32,000 bases of DNA from Aliivibrio fischeri ES114 (GTDB taxonomy: Bacteria > Pseudomonadota > Gammaproteobacteria > Enterobacterales > Vibrionaceae): assembly GCF_000011805.1 (NCBI RefSeq), contig NC_006840.2. One strand, written 5' to 3'. A program made the translations under genes and the position numbers. Of the stretch, positions 8,000 to 21,076 are shown piece by piece. A model generated the notes under the pieces. It was given only the letters and a program-made list of their open reading frames with translations. It did no database searches and was not told the origin of the DNA. Every line of letters starts with the position of its first letter. Within the stretch, counting starts at the first letter, position 1.

Positions 8000-10276
8000 T
8001 TATTCACTTTCTTCTTCAGTCGTTGTGCTCTCACCATTAATATCAATACGAGTAACTCGTTGTAGGCCTCTTGGCAGTAAGCTACCACGGCGACCACGCT
8101 CCCCACGGAAGTTATCTAAATCCGTAGGTTTCAATCCTAACTTACGTTTACCTGCGTATAAGGTAATGGTTGCACCTTGAGGTAATGGTAATAAGTGAGA
8201 CAAAAACTCTTCACGAGATTTCGAACGCGCTGCCGGAATATTAATGATCTTATTACCCTTACCTTTACCTAACTGTGGTAAATCTTTAATAGGGAATAAA
8301 AGCATTCGACCTTCGTTAGTGATAGCTAGAATTTCATCACTTTCTAAGTCAGATACCGCTTCTGGGTTCATTACTTGTGAGTTTTCAGGAAGCGTTAATA
8401 GGGCTTTACCGTTTTTATTTTTAGACAGTAAATCTGCACCCTTACAAACAAAACCGTAACCAGCATCAGAGCTGATTAACCATGTCTGCTCTTCTTCACC
8501 CATAACCACATGCGTAATTTGACTGCCCGCTGTAATATTTAAGCGACCTGTAATTGGCTCACCCTGACTTCTTGCTGAAGGCAATGTATGCGATTCAAGC
8601 GCGTAGCTTCGACCATTACTGCCCATAAAGACAGCTGGCGCGTTACTCTTACCACGCGCATGGGCTAAGTATTTATCACCTGATTTATAGTTCAATGTTG
8701 TTGGATCAACATCATGACCTTTAGCATGACGAATCCAACCTTTATCAGAAAGAACAACCGTAATCGCTTCACTTGGGATCAAGTCACGCTCTGTCATCGC
8801 TTTCGCTTCTGCACGCTCAACCAATGGAGAACGGCGATCATCACCAAACTTCTCAGCATCCGCTAAGATTTCTTTCTTAATTAATGTGTTTAAACGACGC
8901 TCTGAACCTAATAGTTTCTCAAGATAATCACGCTCTTTAGCTAACTCATCTTGTTCACCACGGATCTTAATCTCTTCCAGTTTAGCTAACTGACGAAGTT
9001 TAATTTCTAAAATCGCTTCCGCTTGTTTCTCAGATAAATCAAAGCGAGTCATTAACTCATGCTTTGGATCATCTTCAGTACGGATGATTTCAATCACTTC
9101 ATCGATATTTAAGTAAGCCGCTAAAAGACCTTCTAAAATATGTAGACGAGCCAGCACTTTATCTAAACGGTGTTGAAGACGTTTACGCACTGTTGTGCGA
9201 CGGAATTCAATCCATTCAGAAAGAATAGATACCAAACCTTTCACTTGAGGACGCTGATCCAAACCAATCATGTTTAAGTTAACACGGTAGCTTTTTTCAA
9301 GATCTGTCGAAGCAAATAAATGGTTCATTAATGGTTCCGCATCCACTCGGTTTGAGCGAGGAACAATAACGATACGTGTTGGATTCTCATGATCAGATTC
9401 ATCACGAAGATCATCTACCATAGGTAACTTCTTCGCTCGCATTTGGTTTGCGATTTGCTCTAATAATTTACTACCAGATACTTGATGTGGCAGAGCGGTA
9501 ATAACAATATCACCCTCTTCTTTATGCCATACCGCACGCATTTTAATGCTGCCTCTACCTGAACGGTAAATCTTTTTAATTTCACTTGATGGTGAAATAA
9601 TTTCAGCTTTGGTTGGGTAATCTGGACCTTTTACAAAATCCATCACCTCATCTAAATCCGCTTTTGGATTTTCTAATAGGTGAACTGTTGCATTTGCGAC
9701 TTCACGTACATTGTGGGGTGGAATGTCTGTTGCCATACCAACCGCGATACCAGTAATACCATTCAATAAAATATGAGGTAAACGTGAAGGTAATATCGTT
9801 GGCTCTTTCATTGTGCCATCAAAGTTTGGTTGCCAATCAACCGTACCTTGACCAATTTCGCCTAGCAATACATCAGCAAACTTAGACAGTTTTGATTCCG
9901 TATAACGCATCGCAGCAAATGATTTCGGATCATCTGGAGCACCCCAGTTACCTTGACCATCAACTAGTGGATAACGATAAGAGAAAGGCTGAGCCATTAA
10001 TACCATGGCTTCATAACACGCAGAGTCACCGTGTGGGTGGTACTTACCTAATACATCACCAACGGTACGTGCTGATTTCTTATACTTTGCGTTTGCTGAT
10101 AATCCAAGTTCAGACATCGCGTAAATAATACGACGTTGAACCGGTTTTAAACCATCACCGATATACGGTAATGCACGGTCCATGATTACGTACATGGAAT
10201 AATTTAGATAAGCGTCTTCTGTAAACTTGCGCAGTGGCAGCTGTTCAACACCTTCTAAGGACATTTCTGTACTCAT
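8000..10276 (-). CDS. parC: DNA topoisomerase IV subunit A
   Basis: [60 protein letters not shown], catalytic-Tyr region [11 protein letters not shown]. Confidence 0.97.
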   Translation of the reverse strand: MSTEMSLEGVEQLPLRKFTEDAYLNYSMYVIMDRALPYIGDGLKPVQRRIIYAMSELGLSANAKYKKSARTVGDVLGKYHPHGDSACYEAMVLMAQPFSYRYPLVDGQGNWGAPDDPKSFAAMRYTESKLSKFADVLLGEIGQGTVDWQPNFDGTMKEPTILPSRLPHILLNGITGIAVGMATDIPPHNVREVANATVHLLENPKADLDEVMDFVKGPDYPTKAEIISPSSEIKKIYRSGRGSIKMRAVWHKEEGDIVITALPHQVSGSKLLEQIANQMRAKKLPMVDDLRDESDHENPTRIVIVPRSNRVDAEPLMNHLFASTDLEKSYRVNLNMIGLDQRPQVKGLVSILSEWIEFRRTTVRKRLQHRLDKVLARLHILEGLLAAYLNIDEVIEIIRTEDDPKHELMTRFDLSEKQAEAILEIKLRQLAKLEEIKIRGEQDELAKERDYLEKLLGSERRLNTLIKKEILADAEKFGDDRRSPLVERAEAKAMTERDLIPSEAITVVLSDKGWIRHAKGHDVDPTTLNYKSGDKYLAHARGKSNAPAVFMGSNGRSYALESHTLPSARSQGEPITGRLNITAGSQITHVVMGEEEQTWLISSDAGYGFVCKGADLLSKNKNGKALLTLPENSQVMNPEAVSDLESDEILAITNEGRMLLFPIKDLPQLGKGKGNKIINIPAARSKSREEFLSHLLPLPQGATITLYAGKRKLGLKPTDLDNFRGERGRRGSLLPRGLQRVTRIDINGESTTTEEESE

Positions 10277-10278
10277 TT

Positions 10279-12159
10279 TTATACCTCTGCCTGATCGCCA
10301 TTAGATTGTAGCCAAGAGCGACGATCGTCTGCACGTTTCTTGCCTAAAAGCATATCCATCATTTCATCAGTTTGTTCATCATCATCGATTGTTAACTGAA
10401 CAAGACGTCGTGTATTTGGATCCATCGTCGTTTCACGCAATTGAAGTGGGTTCATCTCACCCAATCCTTTAAATCGCTGTACGTTAATTTTTGCGCGCTT
10501 ATTGCTTAGACGGTCTAATACACCTTCTTTTTCTTCTTCATCAAGTGCATAGAACACCTCTTTACCGCAATCAATACGATACAAAGGAGGCATGGCAACA
10601 TAAACGTGACCAGCCTGAACCAGTGCTTTGAAATGTTTTAGATAAAGTGCACATAGCAAGGTTGCAATGTGAAGACCATCAGAATCGGCATCGGCAAGAA
10701 TACATACTTTACCGTAACGTAAACCTGATAAATCATCGGAATCAGGGTCAATACCTAAAGCAACAGAAATATCATGAACTTCTTGAGACGCTAATACTTG
10801 GTCAGCCGACACTTCCCATGTATTCAGAATTTTACCACGCAGTGGCATAACAGCTTGGAACTCACGATCACGAGCTTGTTTTGCAGAACCACCCGCCGAG
10901 TCCCCTTCCACTAAGAAAAGTTCAGTACGAGCCAAATCTTGAACAGAACAATCGGTCAATTTACCAGGAAGAGCTGGGCCAGAAGCTATTTTCTTACGAA
11001 CCACTTTTTTAGCTGCACGCATACGACGGTGCGCATTCGCAATACATGCTTCAGCAAGTTGCTCTGCAATTTGTGGTTTCTCATTCAACCATAAGCTGAA
11101 TGCATCTTTTACCACACCAGAAACAAACGCTGCACACTGACGTGAAGATAAACGCTCTTTAGTTTGGCCAGCAAATTGTGGATCTTGCATTTTCACCGAT
11201 AATACGTAGGCACAACGGTCCCAAATATCATCAGCAGTTAGCTTAACACCACGAGGAACAAGGTTACGGAACTCACAAAACTCACGCATTGCATCAAGAA
11301 GACCTTGGCGCATGCCATTTACGTGCGTACCACCTTGTGCTGTAGGAATAAGGTTTACATAACTTTCAGCAACTAGCTCACCGCCTTCAGGTAGCCAAGT
11401 TACCGCCCAATCAGCCGCTTCACCAGTACCAGAAAAAGCACCCGTAAATGGAATTTCTGGTAATAATGTAAAGCCAGTTACACCTTCAAGAAGGTAATCT
11501 TTAAGACCATCTTCATAACACCAGTTATGCTCTTTATCGTTAACTTTATCTTTAAAAACAATTTCTAAACCAGGACAAAGTACTGCTTTAGCTTTTAGAT
11601 TATTAATAAGACGAGTAACAGAGAATTTTGCTGAATCAAAATAGCTCGCATCAGGCCAAAAGTGAACACTGGTACCACGATTACGACGGCCACAAGTACC
11701 TGTTACCGTTAGGTCTGATACTTTGTCGCCATTTTCAAAAGCAATTTCATATACCTGACCATCACGACGAACCGTTACTTCAACTCGTTTTGACAAAGCA
11801 TTTACTACAGAGATACCAACCCCGTGTAAGCCACCTGAGAATTCGTAGTTTTTACCTGAGAATTTACCACCTGCATGCAACTTACATAAAATAAGTTCAA
11901 CACCAGAAACTTTTTCTACTGGGTGGATATCAACAGGCATACCACGCCCATCATCAATAACTTCAAGTGATTGATCGGCATGTAAAATTACTTCAACTTT
12001 TTTCGCGTGTCCGGCTAGGGCTTCATCGACACTGTTATCAATAACTTCTTGGCCCAAATGGTTTGGACGAACAGTGTCGGTGTACATACCAGGACGGCGA
12101 CGAACGGGCTCAAGGCCATTTAGAACCTCAATGGCTCCTGCATTATATTGTTCAGTCAT
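10279..12159 (-). CDS. parE: DNA topoisomerase IV subunit B
   Basis: GHKB ATPase motifs ([39 protein letters not shown]), [25 protein letters not shown] and PLRGKILN. Confidence 0.97.
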   Translation of the reverse strand: MTEQYNAGAIEVLNGLEPVRRRPGMYTDTVRPNHLGQEVIDNSVDEALAGHAKKVEVILHADQSLEVIDDGRGMPVDIHPVEKVSGVELILCKLHAGGKFSGKNYEFSGGLHGVGISVVNALSKRVEVTVRRDGQVYEIAFENGDKVSDLTVTGTCGRRNRGTSVHFWPDASYFDSAKFSVTRLINNLKAKAVLCPGLEIVFKDKVNDKEHNWCYEDGLKDYLLEGVTGFTLLPEIPFTGAFSGTGEAADWAVTWLPEGGELVAESYVNLIPTAQGGTHVNGMRQGLLDAMREFCEFRNLVPRGVKLTADDIWDRCAYVLSVKMQDPQFAGQTKERLSSRQCAAFVSGVVKDAFSLWLNEKPQIAEQLAEACIANAHRRMRAAKKVVRKKIASGPALPGKLTDCSVQDLARTELFLVEGDSAGGSAKQARDREFQAVMPLRGKILNTWEVSADQVLASQEVHDISVALGIDPDSDDLSGLRYGKVCILADADSDGLHIATLLCALYLKHFKALVQAGHVYVAMPPLYRIDCGKEVFYALDEEEKEGVLDRLSNKRAKINVQRFKGLGEMNPLQLRETTMDPNTRRLVQLTIDDDEQTDEMMDMLLGKKRADDRRSWLQSNGDQAEV

Positions 12160-12273
12160 ATCTCGGAAGGCTTCTTAAAATTTGTCACATAGTCTGAAAG
12201 GGAGAAGGGAAAGTCAAGCAAACGCCCCTATTCCACTCTAAATATGTGGCTTTGTATTAAAGATTGTATCGAT

Positions 12274-12300
12274 ACTGTGTCTCTTGCGTAGAGAAACAGT
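12274..12300. other. Imperfect hairpin immediately downstream of yqiA
   Basis: ACTGTgTCTCT-TGCGT-AGAGAaACAGT (5+5 bp around one mismatch). Confidence 0.45.
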
Positions 12301-12302
12301 AA

Positions 12303-12887
12303 CTATAAATTTAGAAATTGAATAATTTGTTCAGGATAACGCTCAAAGTTAACAAAACTATGATCGCCACCTTTTTCTATTGTCTGTTTACAAGCTAAAT
12401 ACTTATCTACAGCTTGTCGATAATCGAGGACTTCATCGCCTTCTTGTTGCAATAACCATAAGTCATCAACAGAATGTAACGTTTCTACTTGCAACGCTAA
12501 CAGCTCTTCCATGTGCTTCTCTTCAAGAAAGTATTCTTCTTGAGTATATGGATTTACTTGCTTTCCAAGGTAATCGGCGAGTAACTCATAAGGCTTAACC
12601 GCAGGGTTAACTAAAGCTGCTTTAAAACCATATTGATGATTTAACCACGTAGATAAATACCCACCAAGAGAACTACCGACCAAACCAATCTGATGCGTGT
12701 CTTTATATTCTTCAACAAGTTGGACTAAAAACTCTGCCGCTTGTGAAGGATAAGAAGGTAAACGAGGCACGATAACCTTGATATCTGGCCGGTGTACTTT
12801 GCAATACTCAGCCATGACTTGTGCCTTATGAGATAAAGGAGAGCTGTTAAAACCGTGGATATACAAAAGCAAACTTGGTTTATTCAT
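12303..12887 (-). CDS. yqiA: YqiA family esterase (alpha/beta hydrolase)
   Basis: LLYIHGFNSSPLSHKAQ and GLVGSSLGGYLSTWL; located after cpdA with TAATG overlap. Confidence 0.9.
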   Translation of the reverse strand: MNKPSLLLYIHGFNSSPLSHKAQVMAEYCKVHRPDIKVIVPRLPSYPSQAAEFLVQLVEEYKDTHQIGLVGSSLGGYLSTWLNHQYGFKAALVNPAVKPYELLADYLGKQVNPYTQEEYFLEEKHMEELLALQVETLHSVDDLWLLQQEGDEVLDYRQAVDKYLACKQTIEKGGDHSFVNFERYPEQIIQFLNL

Positions 12888-13711
12888 TAGTAGCCCCCAG
12901 CTTCACTATCCGCTGAAAAGTCACAATCTTTAAGTCGATATACCTGCGTTTCAATATCACCATTTGGTAATAAGTCTAATGTTCTCCAACCTGGAGCTTG
13001 AGAATCCAAAGCAAAATCATCTGAATCAGGAAGAAATTGCACACAAGTAGATGGTGTAGCTAATAAGCGAATACCGTTAACAACTCGGTCTAATTCTTGA
13101 TGAATATGCCCGCAAACAATTCCATTCACATTATGATGTTTTGCTAAGACAGACCAAAATTGCTCACTTTCTTTAAGTTGATGCTGATCTAGCCAAGCGC
13201 TTCCTGCAGGCAATGGATGGTGATGCAATAATACCAATGAATGACGTTGAGGGTGTTGAGATAATGCGTTATCTAATAATGTTAACTGCTCATCAGATAA
13301 TGCACCATGAGGAACGCCTACAACTTGGCTGTCCAGAATAATCACTTGCCAATGCTGACCAATAAGTAAATGTTCACACGCACTAATTTGTGGAGAAGGC
13401 AAAACACCGCCCATGCTTGGCTTATAGTCATGATTACCAGGAAGCCAAAAACAAGGCTTTTTTAGAGGTATTATTCCCTTAACAAAGTGCTGATAAGATT
13501 CAACGGTGTGATCTTGAGAAATATCACCCGTAGCAAGAATGGCATCAAAATCAGGAGTTCGCTGTAGTACTTGTTCTACAACGCTTTGAAAGCTTTTTCG
13601 TGTAGGTACGCCAAGTAATGCACCATCTTCTGGCGCAAACAAATGGGTATCTGTTATCTGTAACAAGCGAATCGAATCGCTTTCTTCATTAAGTAATGTT
13701 TCAGAGAGCAA
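12887..13711 (-). CDS. cpdA: 3',5'-cyclic-AMP phosphodiesterase CpdA
   Basis: Metallophosphoesterase motifs QITDTHLF, ATGDISQD, LPGNHDY, VCGHIHQ; canonical nudF-yqiB-cpdA-yqiA-parE order. Confidence 0.93.
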   Translation of the reverse strand: MLSETLLNEESDSIRLLQITDTHLFAPEDGALLGVPTRKSFQSVVEQVLQRTPDFDAILATGDISQDHTVESYQHFVKGIIPLKKPCFWLPGNHDYKPSMGGVLPSPQISACEHLLIGQHWQVIILDSQVVGVPHGALSDEQLTLLDNALSQHPQRHSLVLLHHHPLPAGSAWLDQHQLKESEQFWSVLAKHHNVNGIVCGHIHQELDRVVNGIRLLATPSTCVQFLPDSDDFALDSQAPGWRTLDLLPNGDIETQVYRLKDCDFSADSEAGGY

Positions 13712-13726
13712 AATAGCTACAACCTT

Positions 13727-14158
13727 TTAATTCTTTTCTAAAAAAATGGGTTCTTGGCTTATCCCATTTTTTAAACAAAACGTCAGCCAGTCACTTAGGA
13801 ACTGGTTTAATTGATGCTTTTCATCTTTCTGAAGCATCTTTCCATTTGGATAATCATATTTTGCTTTGATATAAGCAAGTTGCTGGCTTGCACATACCTC
13901 AGCAACTCTCGCATCATGATAAAGTCGAACCGTTAATTTCGGAAGTGGATATATCGGTTGTTCATCAATCTGATAAACCTCAACCAATGTGGTATAAACA
14001 GTGACTTCCAAAACCTTTATCTGATACTGCTGCTGGCACACTTGATAGCTTGCTAATGCACCTATATTTTCTTTCTTTGGTAAAAGAGACACTAATTTAG
14101 CGTAATTAGTTTCATATACTCTCATCAAGCTCGCTAAATCTACATGGTATTTACGCAT
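13727..14158 (-). CDS. yqiB: DUF1249 family protein YqiB
   Basis: MRKYHVDLASLMRVYETNYAKL...; start placed at 14158, 1 nt after the nudF stop, rather than the track start at 14197 inside nudF. Confidence 0.82.
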   Translation of the reverse strand: MRKYHVDLASLMRVYETNYAKLVSLLPKKENIGALASYQVCQQQYQIKVLEVTVYTTLVEVYQIDEQPIYPLPKLTVRLYHDARVAEVCASQQLAYIKAKYDYPNGKMLQKDEKHQLNQFLSDWLTFCLKNGISQEPIFLEKN

Positions 14159-14159
14159 G

Positions 14160-14798
14160 TTATTGCGCATTCCACTGTGATCGCAAACGCGAAACATTTA
14201 ATTCTAACCATTGAAGGGCAATAATTGAGGCTGCATTCTCAATTATGCCACGATTAACAAGAGCATACGCCTCTTCACGAGAAACGACATGTACTTGAAT
14301 ATCTTCGTTTTCATCTTCTAAACCGTGGATACCTTCGGCTTTAGAAGCATCAACACACCCAACAAAAACATCGATTCTTTCAGTACAGCCACCCGAGGAT
14401 GGATAAAAATGCGATATTTTCTCTAAATGAGCAACGGTTATACCGGCTTCTTCATCGGCCTCACGAACGGCCACTTGCTCTGCTGATTCATCTTTATCGA
14501 TCATTCCAGCGACAATTTCATACTGCCAAGGTGCGTTGGATTCTAATGCTCCAACTCGGATCTGTTCAATTAATACAACCTGATCCGTTTTAGGATCATA
14601 AGGCAATAATGCAACCGCATGACCTCGTTCAAAAAGCTCTCGTTCAATGACTTCACTCCAACCGCCGCTAAACAATTGGTGACGAAAAGCAACTTTTGTC
14701 ATTTTAAAGAAACCATTAAACAAAGGCTCTTTCGATATTATTTCAACATCTTCAGAACCAAACTGATTCACTAGGTCTATATTTGATGATAAAACCAT
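14160..14798 (-). CDS. nudF: ADP-ribose pyrophosphatase (Nudix)
   Basis: Nudix box GMIDKDESAEQVAVREADEEAGI; YEIVAG, FYPSSGGCTERIDVFVG; divergent from tolC. Confidence 0.93.
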   Translation of the reverse strand: MVLSSNIDLVNQFGSEDVEIISKEPLFNGFFKMTKVAFRHQLFSGGWSEVIERELFERGHAVALLPYDPKTDQVVLIEQIRVGALESNAPWQYEIVAGMIDKDESAEQVAVREADEEAGITVAHLEKISHFYPSSGGCTERIDVFVGCVDASKAEGIHGLEDENEDIQVHVVSREEAYALVNRGIIENAASIIALQWLELNVSRLRSQWNAQ

Positions 14799-15030
14799 CG
14801 ATTCCTCTCAATTTCTCGCTCTGTTTTATCACTCATTTTTACGAGCAACAATTTATTAACTCAACTTTTTTGATAATGCTTACATTTTTTTTATAAGCTT
14901 TCCATTATATTTCTTTGAAGTAATGCTTATAAAACGTAAAAAAACGTAATCTTTAGAGCCAGAGGGTGTCTAGATAAGGTACACTCTATGAACTATATTA
15001 TATAAAACAATTTTTGCAGGACAAACCACC

Positions 15031-16356
15031 ATGAGAAAACTGCTTCCACTCTTTATTGGAATGGCACTAGGTAGTTTCAGCTCTTTAGCTGCTGCCGATG
15101 ATCTAGCACAAGTCTACAACCAAGCTAAAGAAAATGACCCTCAGCTATTAAGAGCTGCTGCAACGAAAGACGCAGCGTTTGAAGCGGTAAACTCTTCGCA
15201 AAGTTCATTGTTACCTCAAATCGACTTAACAGCAGGCTACAATATTTTACGTAGTGACAACGATACTCGTGATAATGATCGTTTAACTGCTGGTATTAAC
15301 CTTTCTCAAGAGCTATACCAACAGTCTAGCTGGGTTAGCTTAGACATTGCAGAGAAAAGCGCTCGCCAAGCAGACTCGGCATATGCAGCAGAACAACAAG
15401 GTGTCATTTTACGTGTCGCACAAGCTTACTTTGACGTGCTGCGTGCCAACGATAACCTAGAATTTGTACGAGCAGAAAAAGCAGCCGTTGCTCGTCAACT
15501 TGAACAAACAAAACAACGTTTTGATGTAGGTTTGTCAGCAATTACCGATGTTCATGATGCTCAAGCTCAATACGATAGCGTATTAGCAAATGAAGTATTA
15601 ACAGAGAACCAATTAGTAAATAGCTACGAAGATTTACGAGTAATTACAGGCCAGGGCCATACTCACCTAAGCGTACTTGATACTAAACGCTTTTCAGCAA
15701 GCCCATCAGAGCAATCATCTGATAGCCTAATTGAAGAAGCACAAGAGAAAAACTTGAGTTTATTAGCCGCTCGTATCAGCGCTGATGTAGCAAAAGATAA
15801 TATTTCTCTAGCAAGTTCTGGTCACATGCCATCACTGACATTTGATGCGGGTTATAACTACACGGATCAAAGTGGCACAAAAAATGGCTTTAATGATGAT
15901 AGCTACGGCGACATCAATGCTGGTATTAATTTATATATCCCACTATATACCGGTGGTAATACAAGCTCACTAACAAGCCAAGCTGAATTCCAATATGTAG
16001 CAGCAAGCCAAGAGCTAGAAGCAACGTACCGTGATGTAACTAAAAATGTACGTGCATTTAATAACAACATCAATGCGTCAATTGGTGCTTTAAAAGCATA
16101 CGAACAGACAGTTATCTCTGCACAATCAGCATTAGAAGCGACAGAAGCAGGTTTTGATGTTGGTACTCGTACTATTGTTGATGTATTAGACTCTACTCGT
16201 CGTTTGTATGATGCAAACCGTAACTTAGCAAACGCTCGTTACGATTACATTATTAGCGTACTTCAGTTAAAACAAGCAGTTGGCACACTAAGCGAACAAG
16301 ATATCATGGATATCAACATGGGTTTAAAAGCAAATAAGACGACACAAACCAAATAA
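15031..16356 (+). CDS. tolC: Outer membrane channel protein TolC
   Basis: Signal peptide, two OEP repeats (AQAYFDVLRANDNLEF; DVLDSTRRLYDANRNLANARYDYIISVLQLKQAVGTL). Confidence 0.94.
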   Translation: MRKLLPLFIGMALGSFSSLAAADDLAQVYNQAKENDPQLLRAAATKDAAFEAVNSSQSSLLPQIDLTAGYNILRSDNDTRDNDRLTAGINLSQELYQQSSWVSLDIAEKSARQADSAYAAEQQGVILRVAQAYFDVLRANDNLEFVRAEKAAVARQLEQTKQRFDVGLSAITDVHDAQAQYDSVLANEVLTENQLVNSYEDLRVITGQGHTHLSVLDTKRFSASPSEQSSDSLIEEAQEKNLSLLAARISADVAKDNISLASSGHMPSLTFDAGYNYTDQSGTKNGFNDDSYGDINAGINLYIPLYTGGNTSSLTSQAEFQYVAASQELEATYRDVTKNVRAFNNNINASIGALKAYEQTVISAQSALEATEAGFDVGTRTIVDVLDSTRRLYDANRNLANARYDYIISVLQLKQAVGTLSEQDIMDINMGLKANKTTQTK

Positions 16357-16401
16357 GTTGATACCAATTATGTAATTACTACATAATTAGCACACAAACA
16401 A

Positions 16402-16430
16402 AAAAGCCACATTACTATAATGTGGCTTTT
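16402..16430. terminator. Bidirectional terminator between convergent tolC and hldE
   Basis: AAAAGCCACATTA-cta-TAATGTGGCTTTT, A/T flanks both sides. Confidence 0.88.
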
Positions 16431-16449
16431 CTTTTATCCGTTGCCGCTA

Positions 16450-17895
16450 TTAGCCGCGACCGCCTTTAATGGCTTCAATGATACCTGTTGTTGAACAGCC
16501 ATCTTCAAAGTTTAATACTTTAACTTCACCACCCGCAGCAATCACTTCAGCACCACCAGCGATATCTTCGATCGCATAATCGCCACCTTTAACCAATAGC
16601 GATGGCAATACTTGTGAGATCAATCTTTGTGGTGTGTCTTCAGAGAAAGGAACAACCCAATCAACGGCACCTAAACCAGCCAATACCGCCATACGACGAT
16701 CCGTTGGGTTAATAGGACGACCAGGACCTTTTAATCGTTGTACTGATTCATTAGTGTTAACAGCAACAATCAAACGATCACCTAATTCAGCAGCATGATT
16801 TAAATAAGAAACATGACCTGCATGTAAAATATCAAAACAGCCATTTGTCATAACGACTTTCTCACCACGAGCACGAGCTTGTTTTACCGCACTGATCAGC
16901 TGTTCTTCACCGATAATACCAAAGCCAGAATCTTGGCTACCATGAATCGCTTCTGCAAGTTCAATGGTTGATAGCGTAGAAGTACCCAATTTACCAACAA
17001 CAACACCCGCAGCGGCGTTTGCTAATGCACACGCTTCATCTAACGGTTTACCTGTTGATACTGATGCAGCCAATACTGAAATAACCGTATCACCAGCACC
17101 TGTCACATCAAACACTTCACGAGCTTGAGTAGGTAAATGCAATGGTTCCATATTACGGCGTAGTAATGTCATACCATGTTCACTACGAGTAACAAGTAAT
17201 GCTTCAAAATCAAACTCTTCGATAATCTGTTGGCCTTTTGCTACTAGATCATCTTCATCTTTAACTTTGCCAACTACCGTTTCAAATTCAAGCATATTAG
17301 GCGTTAATAACGTTGCACCACGGTAACGCTCAAAATCGGCACCTTTTGGATCAATAAACACAGGTACATTGACTTTACGTGCTTCTTGAATCATCAACTG
17401 AACGTGCTCTAAAGCGCCTTTCGCATAATCAGAAAGAACAACGGCTTTTACACTTGATAGTGCTTGTTGCATACGGCTAATAATCGGTTCTGCAGCAACA
17501 TCATGGAAGCTATCTTCAAAATCCAAACGAATAAGTTGCTGACCACGACTCATTACTCGTAATTTAGTAATAGTTGGAAATTCAGGAAGAGCAACAAAGT
17601 CACAATGTACTTTTAATGACTCTAATGTTGTTGTTAATGCTTGTGCTGGCTCATCTTCACCAACCAATCCAACTAAGTGTGCATCACCACCTAATGCAGC
17701 AATATTCATTGCTACGTTTGCTGCACCACCTGGACGTTCTTCAATTTTTTCAACTTTAACAACAGGTACTGGTGCTTCTGGTGAAATACGACTCGTAGGG
17801 CCACCCCAGTAACGGTCAAGCATCACATCACCAACAATCAATACGCTTGATTGATCATAATTTGGAAGTGTCGGTTTCATTCTTTTCTCCGGCAA
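16450..17895 (-). CDS. hldE: Bifunctional heptose 7-phosphate kinase / heptose 1-phosphate adenylyltransferase
   Basis: PfkB kinase domain ([15 protein letters not shown]; [11 protein letters not shown]) plus nucleotidyltransferase domain ([16 protein letters not shown]). Confidence 0.96.
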   Translation of the reverse strand: MPEKRMKPTLPNYDQSSVLIVGDVMLDRYWGGPTSRISPEAPVPVVKVEKIEERPGGAANVAMNIAALGGDAHLVGLVGEDEPAQALTTTLESLKVHCDFVALPEFPTITKLRVMSRGQQLIRLDFEDSFHDVAAEPIISRMQQALSSVKAVVLSDYAKGALEHVQLMIQEARKVNVPVFIDPKGADFERYRGATLLTPNMLEFETVVGKVKDEDDLVAKGQQIIEEFDFEALLVTRSEHGMTLLRRNMEPLHLPTQAREVFDVTGAGDTVISVLAASVSTGKPLDEACALANAAAGVVVGKLGTSTLSTIELAEAIHGSQDSGFGIIGEEQLISAVKQARARGEKVVMTNGCFDILHAGHVSYLNHAAELGDRLIVAVNTNESVQRLKGPGRPINPTDRRMAVLAGLGAVDWVVPFSEDTPQRLISQVLPSLLVKGGDYAIEDIAGGAEVIAAGGEVKVLNFEDGCSTTGIIEAIKGGRG

Positions 17896-18015
17896 TAAAT
17901 AGCAAACTATCCACCATTATTGGTTCGAGCTATTTATAAAAAATCTACTGTTACAAATGGTAGCATTTACGCAAGTTCTACGCCAACTTAGTCGTTTTAA
18001 ACCTAACGTTAACTA

Positions 18016-20871
18016 TTATTTAAGCCAATGCTCCCAAGCTTTTATTACTGCGTTTCTTTCACCACTGAATTTATCGTCTTCAACGTCGGCATCAAAACCA
18101 AGTAAATTACGGTGATGTATTTCATTTCTTAATGTGCAATAAGCCTCAATGAGCTCATTTGCAGTACCATTGTCCATCACATCTTGCTGAGCAAAACTTT
18201 CAAATATTCTAACGTTATCTGACCAATGGGTTAACTTTGGAAGCGTATGACTGTATTTCAAAACAAGATATTGTGCCAAAAACTCAATATCTGTAATTCC
18301 CCCAGCATCTTGCTTAATCATGAAGCGATGTGCTTTTTTCCCACCAAGGTGATCACGCATTTTTTCTCGCATATCAAGAACATCTTGTTTTAGCTTTTCA
18401 TCTTCTCGCTCTAAGCACAAAATCTCATGACGCGTGACTTTAAAAACCTGCTGCAGTTGTTCATCGCCATAAATCATACGAGCTCGAACCAGAGCTTGAT
18501 GCTCCCATGTCCACGCATCTTCTCTTTGATATTCATCAAACGCCTCACTCGTACTAACCAGTAGACCCGATGCGCCAGATGGACGCAAACGAGTATCCAC
18601 TTCATACAAAATGCCTGATGCGGTACGAACTGAAAAGATATGAATAATGCGCTGCGCTAATCGTAGATAAAACTGACGTCCATCAATCTCTTTTTTACCA
18701 TTGGTATACGTATTCACATCACAATCGTGCATGAATACGATATCGAGATCGGAGTTATAACCTAACTCCCATCCGCCCACTTTACCATAACCAATAACCG
18801 CAAAACCTTTACTATCTCTACCTTCTAAATGAGAGGGTTCACCAAACTTCTCTGTTACTTGTAACCAAGCTTGGTTTACAACCGCTTCTACTATTGCTTC
18901 TGATAGATAAGTTAAGTGATCACTCACTTTCATTAACGATAATCCACCAGCAATGTCTGATGCAGCAATCCTAAGCAAGCCTATTTGCTTAAACTGACGC
19001 AACGCTTCCATTTGCTGTTCCATATCATCTTCAGGAATACGAGCTAAAAACTCGCGCAATTCGACTTTATATTGGCTTAATTCAATAGGATTATAGAGTT
19101 GGTTAATATCCAATAGTTCATCTAATAATATTGGATATCGCGTTAATTGCTCTGCAACCATTGGACTTGCTGAACACAAACGAACTAAATGCTGCAATGC
19201 TCCATTATGTTCATCCAATAGTTCAAGGTACGTTGTTCTAGTTGCAATGGCCTGAATCAATTTAGTTAAGCGAGGTAAAGTATCTGCTGCGTCTTCTCGC
19301 TTAATCACAATATTGAACAATTTCGGCATTAAATGCGTAATCGCATCTCGCCCTCTTGGCCCTAAGGTTTTCTTTTTAAGCTCACCTTTAAAGTCAATAA
19401 TCTGATTAGTGAGTTGTACTGATTGCTCTGGATTGAGCTCTTCGAGAATGTGTTCTAGTACTTCTTTGTTATGAGACATATCCCATAACTCACGGTAGGA
19501 TGAATCGGTACTGTTATCTGACTCGTCGTCATCGCCAATCAGGTCATGAAACACCGCATGAATTGATGTCATATGTTGCTGTATTTCTGCATACAAGGTT
19601 GACCAATCTTGCATTCCCATCGCAAAAGCTAAACGTATTTGATCTCTTTCATCATCAGGTAGCGTCTGCGTTTGTTTGTCATTGATGGCTTGTAACAAAT
19701 TTTCTAAACGTCTTAAAAAGCAATATCCCGCCATCAAGGTATCAACATCTGAAACAGAAAGTTGTCCTAATTCTTTAATCGCAGATAAGGTTTCTAATAA
19801 CCCACGACCACGTAATGATGGTTCACGCCCACCACGAATGAGTTGGAATACTTGAGCAATGAACTCAACTTCTCTAATACCACCTGCACCTAATTTAATA
19901 TTGTTACTTAATCCACGACGGCGAACTTCACTGGTGATCATGGATTTCATTCGACGTAATGCTTGAATGGCACCAAAATCAATATAACGACGGAAAACAA
20001 AGGGACGCAGCATTTGGCGAAGTTCTTGATAATGGCTATACGTTTCTTTACCCATTACTCGCGCTTTTATCATTGCATAACGTTCCCAGTCACGCCCTTG
20101 CTCTTGATAATAGTCTTCCAACGCAGCGTAACTCATGACTAATGGTCCACTATCTCCAAATGGACGAAGTCGTAAATCAACTCGATAACAGAAACCATCA
20201 AATGTTTTTTGATCTAATGCTTTAATCAGCTTTTGCCCTAATCGAGTAAAAAATTGCGCATTAGCAATGCTACGACGAGCGCCTTCTGTCTCACCGTTTT
20301 CAGGATACGTAAAAATCAAATCTATATCGGATGAGAAATTCAACTCTCCACCACCCAATTTCCCCATACCGATAATGAGCATGGGTTGCTCTTCACCTTT
20401 CGCGTTCTTAGGTGTTCCCCAATCAATACACGCTTGCTTATATAGCCATTGATACGACTCAACAATTAGGGTTTCAGCCAGTAAAGATAGGTGAGATAAG
20501 CTTTGCTCTAATGACCAATTGGATATCTCATTATGAGCTAAATTAAAATCCAGCCATGCAATGTAACTCATCTCTCGACGGCGAAAATAGCGAAGCTCCC
20601 GCATTAAGCTATTTTCATCGGTACATTTCACTAACTGAGCTTGTAATAACTCTCGATATTGTTCACCACGGCACTCCACCTCGAATAAACGTGGAAAATG
20701 CTGACAAAGATATTCATCTTGTTCAAACGCCTCATGAAGAAAGTCACTGCACCCCAAAGCTATCATTAATTGAGTTTTAAACGTTTCAGGCCACGATTGA
20801 ATATGGTCACGATATGTAAGCTCTTGCAAACGATGTTCAGCGAGAGAAAGTAGAGATGATGGCAAAGACAT
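18016..20871 (-). CDS. glnE: Bifunctional glutamine synthetase adenylyltransferase/deadenylase
   Basis: Two nucleotidyltransferase domains ([22 protein letters not shown]; [23 protein letters not shown]). Start at [14 protein letters not shown] with AAGGAA RBS. Confidence 0.96.
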   Translation of the reverse strand: MSLPSSLLSLAEHRLQELTYRDHIQSWPETFKTQLMIALGCSDFLHEAFEQDEYLCQHFPRLFEVECRGEQYRELLQAQLVKCTDENSLMRELRYFRRREMSYIAWLDFNLAHNEISNWSLEQSLSHLSLLAETLIVESYQWLYKQACIDWGTPKNAKGEEQPMLIIGMGKLGGGELNFSSDIDLIFTYPENGETEGARRSIANAQFFTRLGQKLIKALDQKTFDGFCYRVDLRLRPFGDSGPLVMSYAALEDYYQEQGRDWERYAMIKARVMGKETYSHYQELRQMLRPFVFRRYIDFGAIQALRRMKSMITSEVRRRGLSNNIKLGAGGIREVEFIAQVFQLIRGGREPSLRGRGLLETLSAIKELGQLSVSDVDTLMAGYCFLRRLENLLQAINDKQTQTLPDDERDQIRLAFAMGMQDWSTLYAEIQQHMTSIHAVFHDLIGDDDESDNSTDSSYRELWDMSHNKEVLEHILEELNPEQSVQLTNQIIDFKGELKKKTLGPRGRDAITHLMPKLFNIVIKREDAADTLPRLTKLIQAIATRTTYLELLDEHNGALQHLVRLCSASPMVAEQLTRYPILLDELLDINQLYNPIELSQYKVELREFLARIPEDDMEQQMEALRQFKQIGLLRIAASDIAGGLSLMKVSDHLTYLSEAIVEAVVNQAWLQVTEKFGEPSHLEGRDSKGFAVIGYGKVGGWELGYNSDLDIVFMHDCDVNTYTNGKKEIDGRQFYLRLAQRIIHIFSVRTASGILYEVDTRLRPSGASGLLVSTSEAFDEYQREDAWTWEHQALVRARMIYGDEQLQQVFKVTRHEILCLEREDEKLKQDVLDMREKMRDHLGGKKAHRFMIKQDAGGITDIEFLAQYLVLKYSHTLPKLTHWSDNVRIFESFAQQDVMDNGTANELIEAYCTLRNEIHHRNLLGFDADVEDDKFSGERNAVIKAWEHWLK

Positions 20872-21024
20872 GATATTCCTTATCGAAAATTCCATTCATT
20901 CCAATTCAATCGAATAAATGAATCGGTTATGTTAACAAGCAAAATAGCCATATACTTATTTGGATTAGTAGCATAATACATAGAGCAAATAACACTGTGC
21001 CAAATTTTAGTTTTAGCCGCAAAC

Positions 21025-21054
21025 AAAAACGCCTACAACTGGAGTGTAGGCGTT
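21025..21054 (-). terminator. Terminator of the MCP gene
   Basis: On minus strand AACGCCTACA...TGTAGGCGTTTTTG: 10-bp stem plus T-run. Confidence 0.85.
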
Positions 21055-21076
21055 ATTAATTTTAAAGTCGGATAAG

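Noticed and set aside
14960-14990. AGAGGGTGT...ACACTCT partial dyad upstream of tolC as a regulator site
   Set aside because: Arms do not match perfectly (extra base) and I cannot connect it to a known site; evidence too weak.
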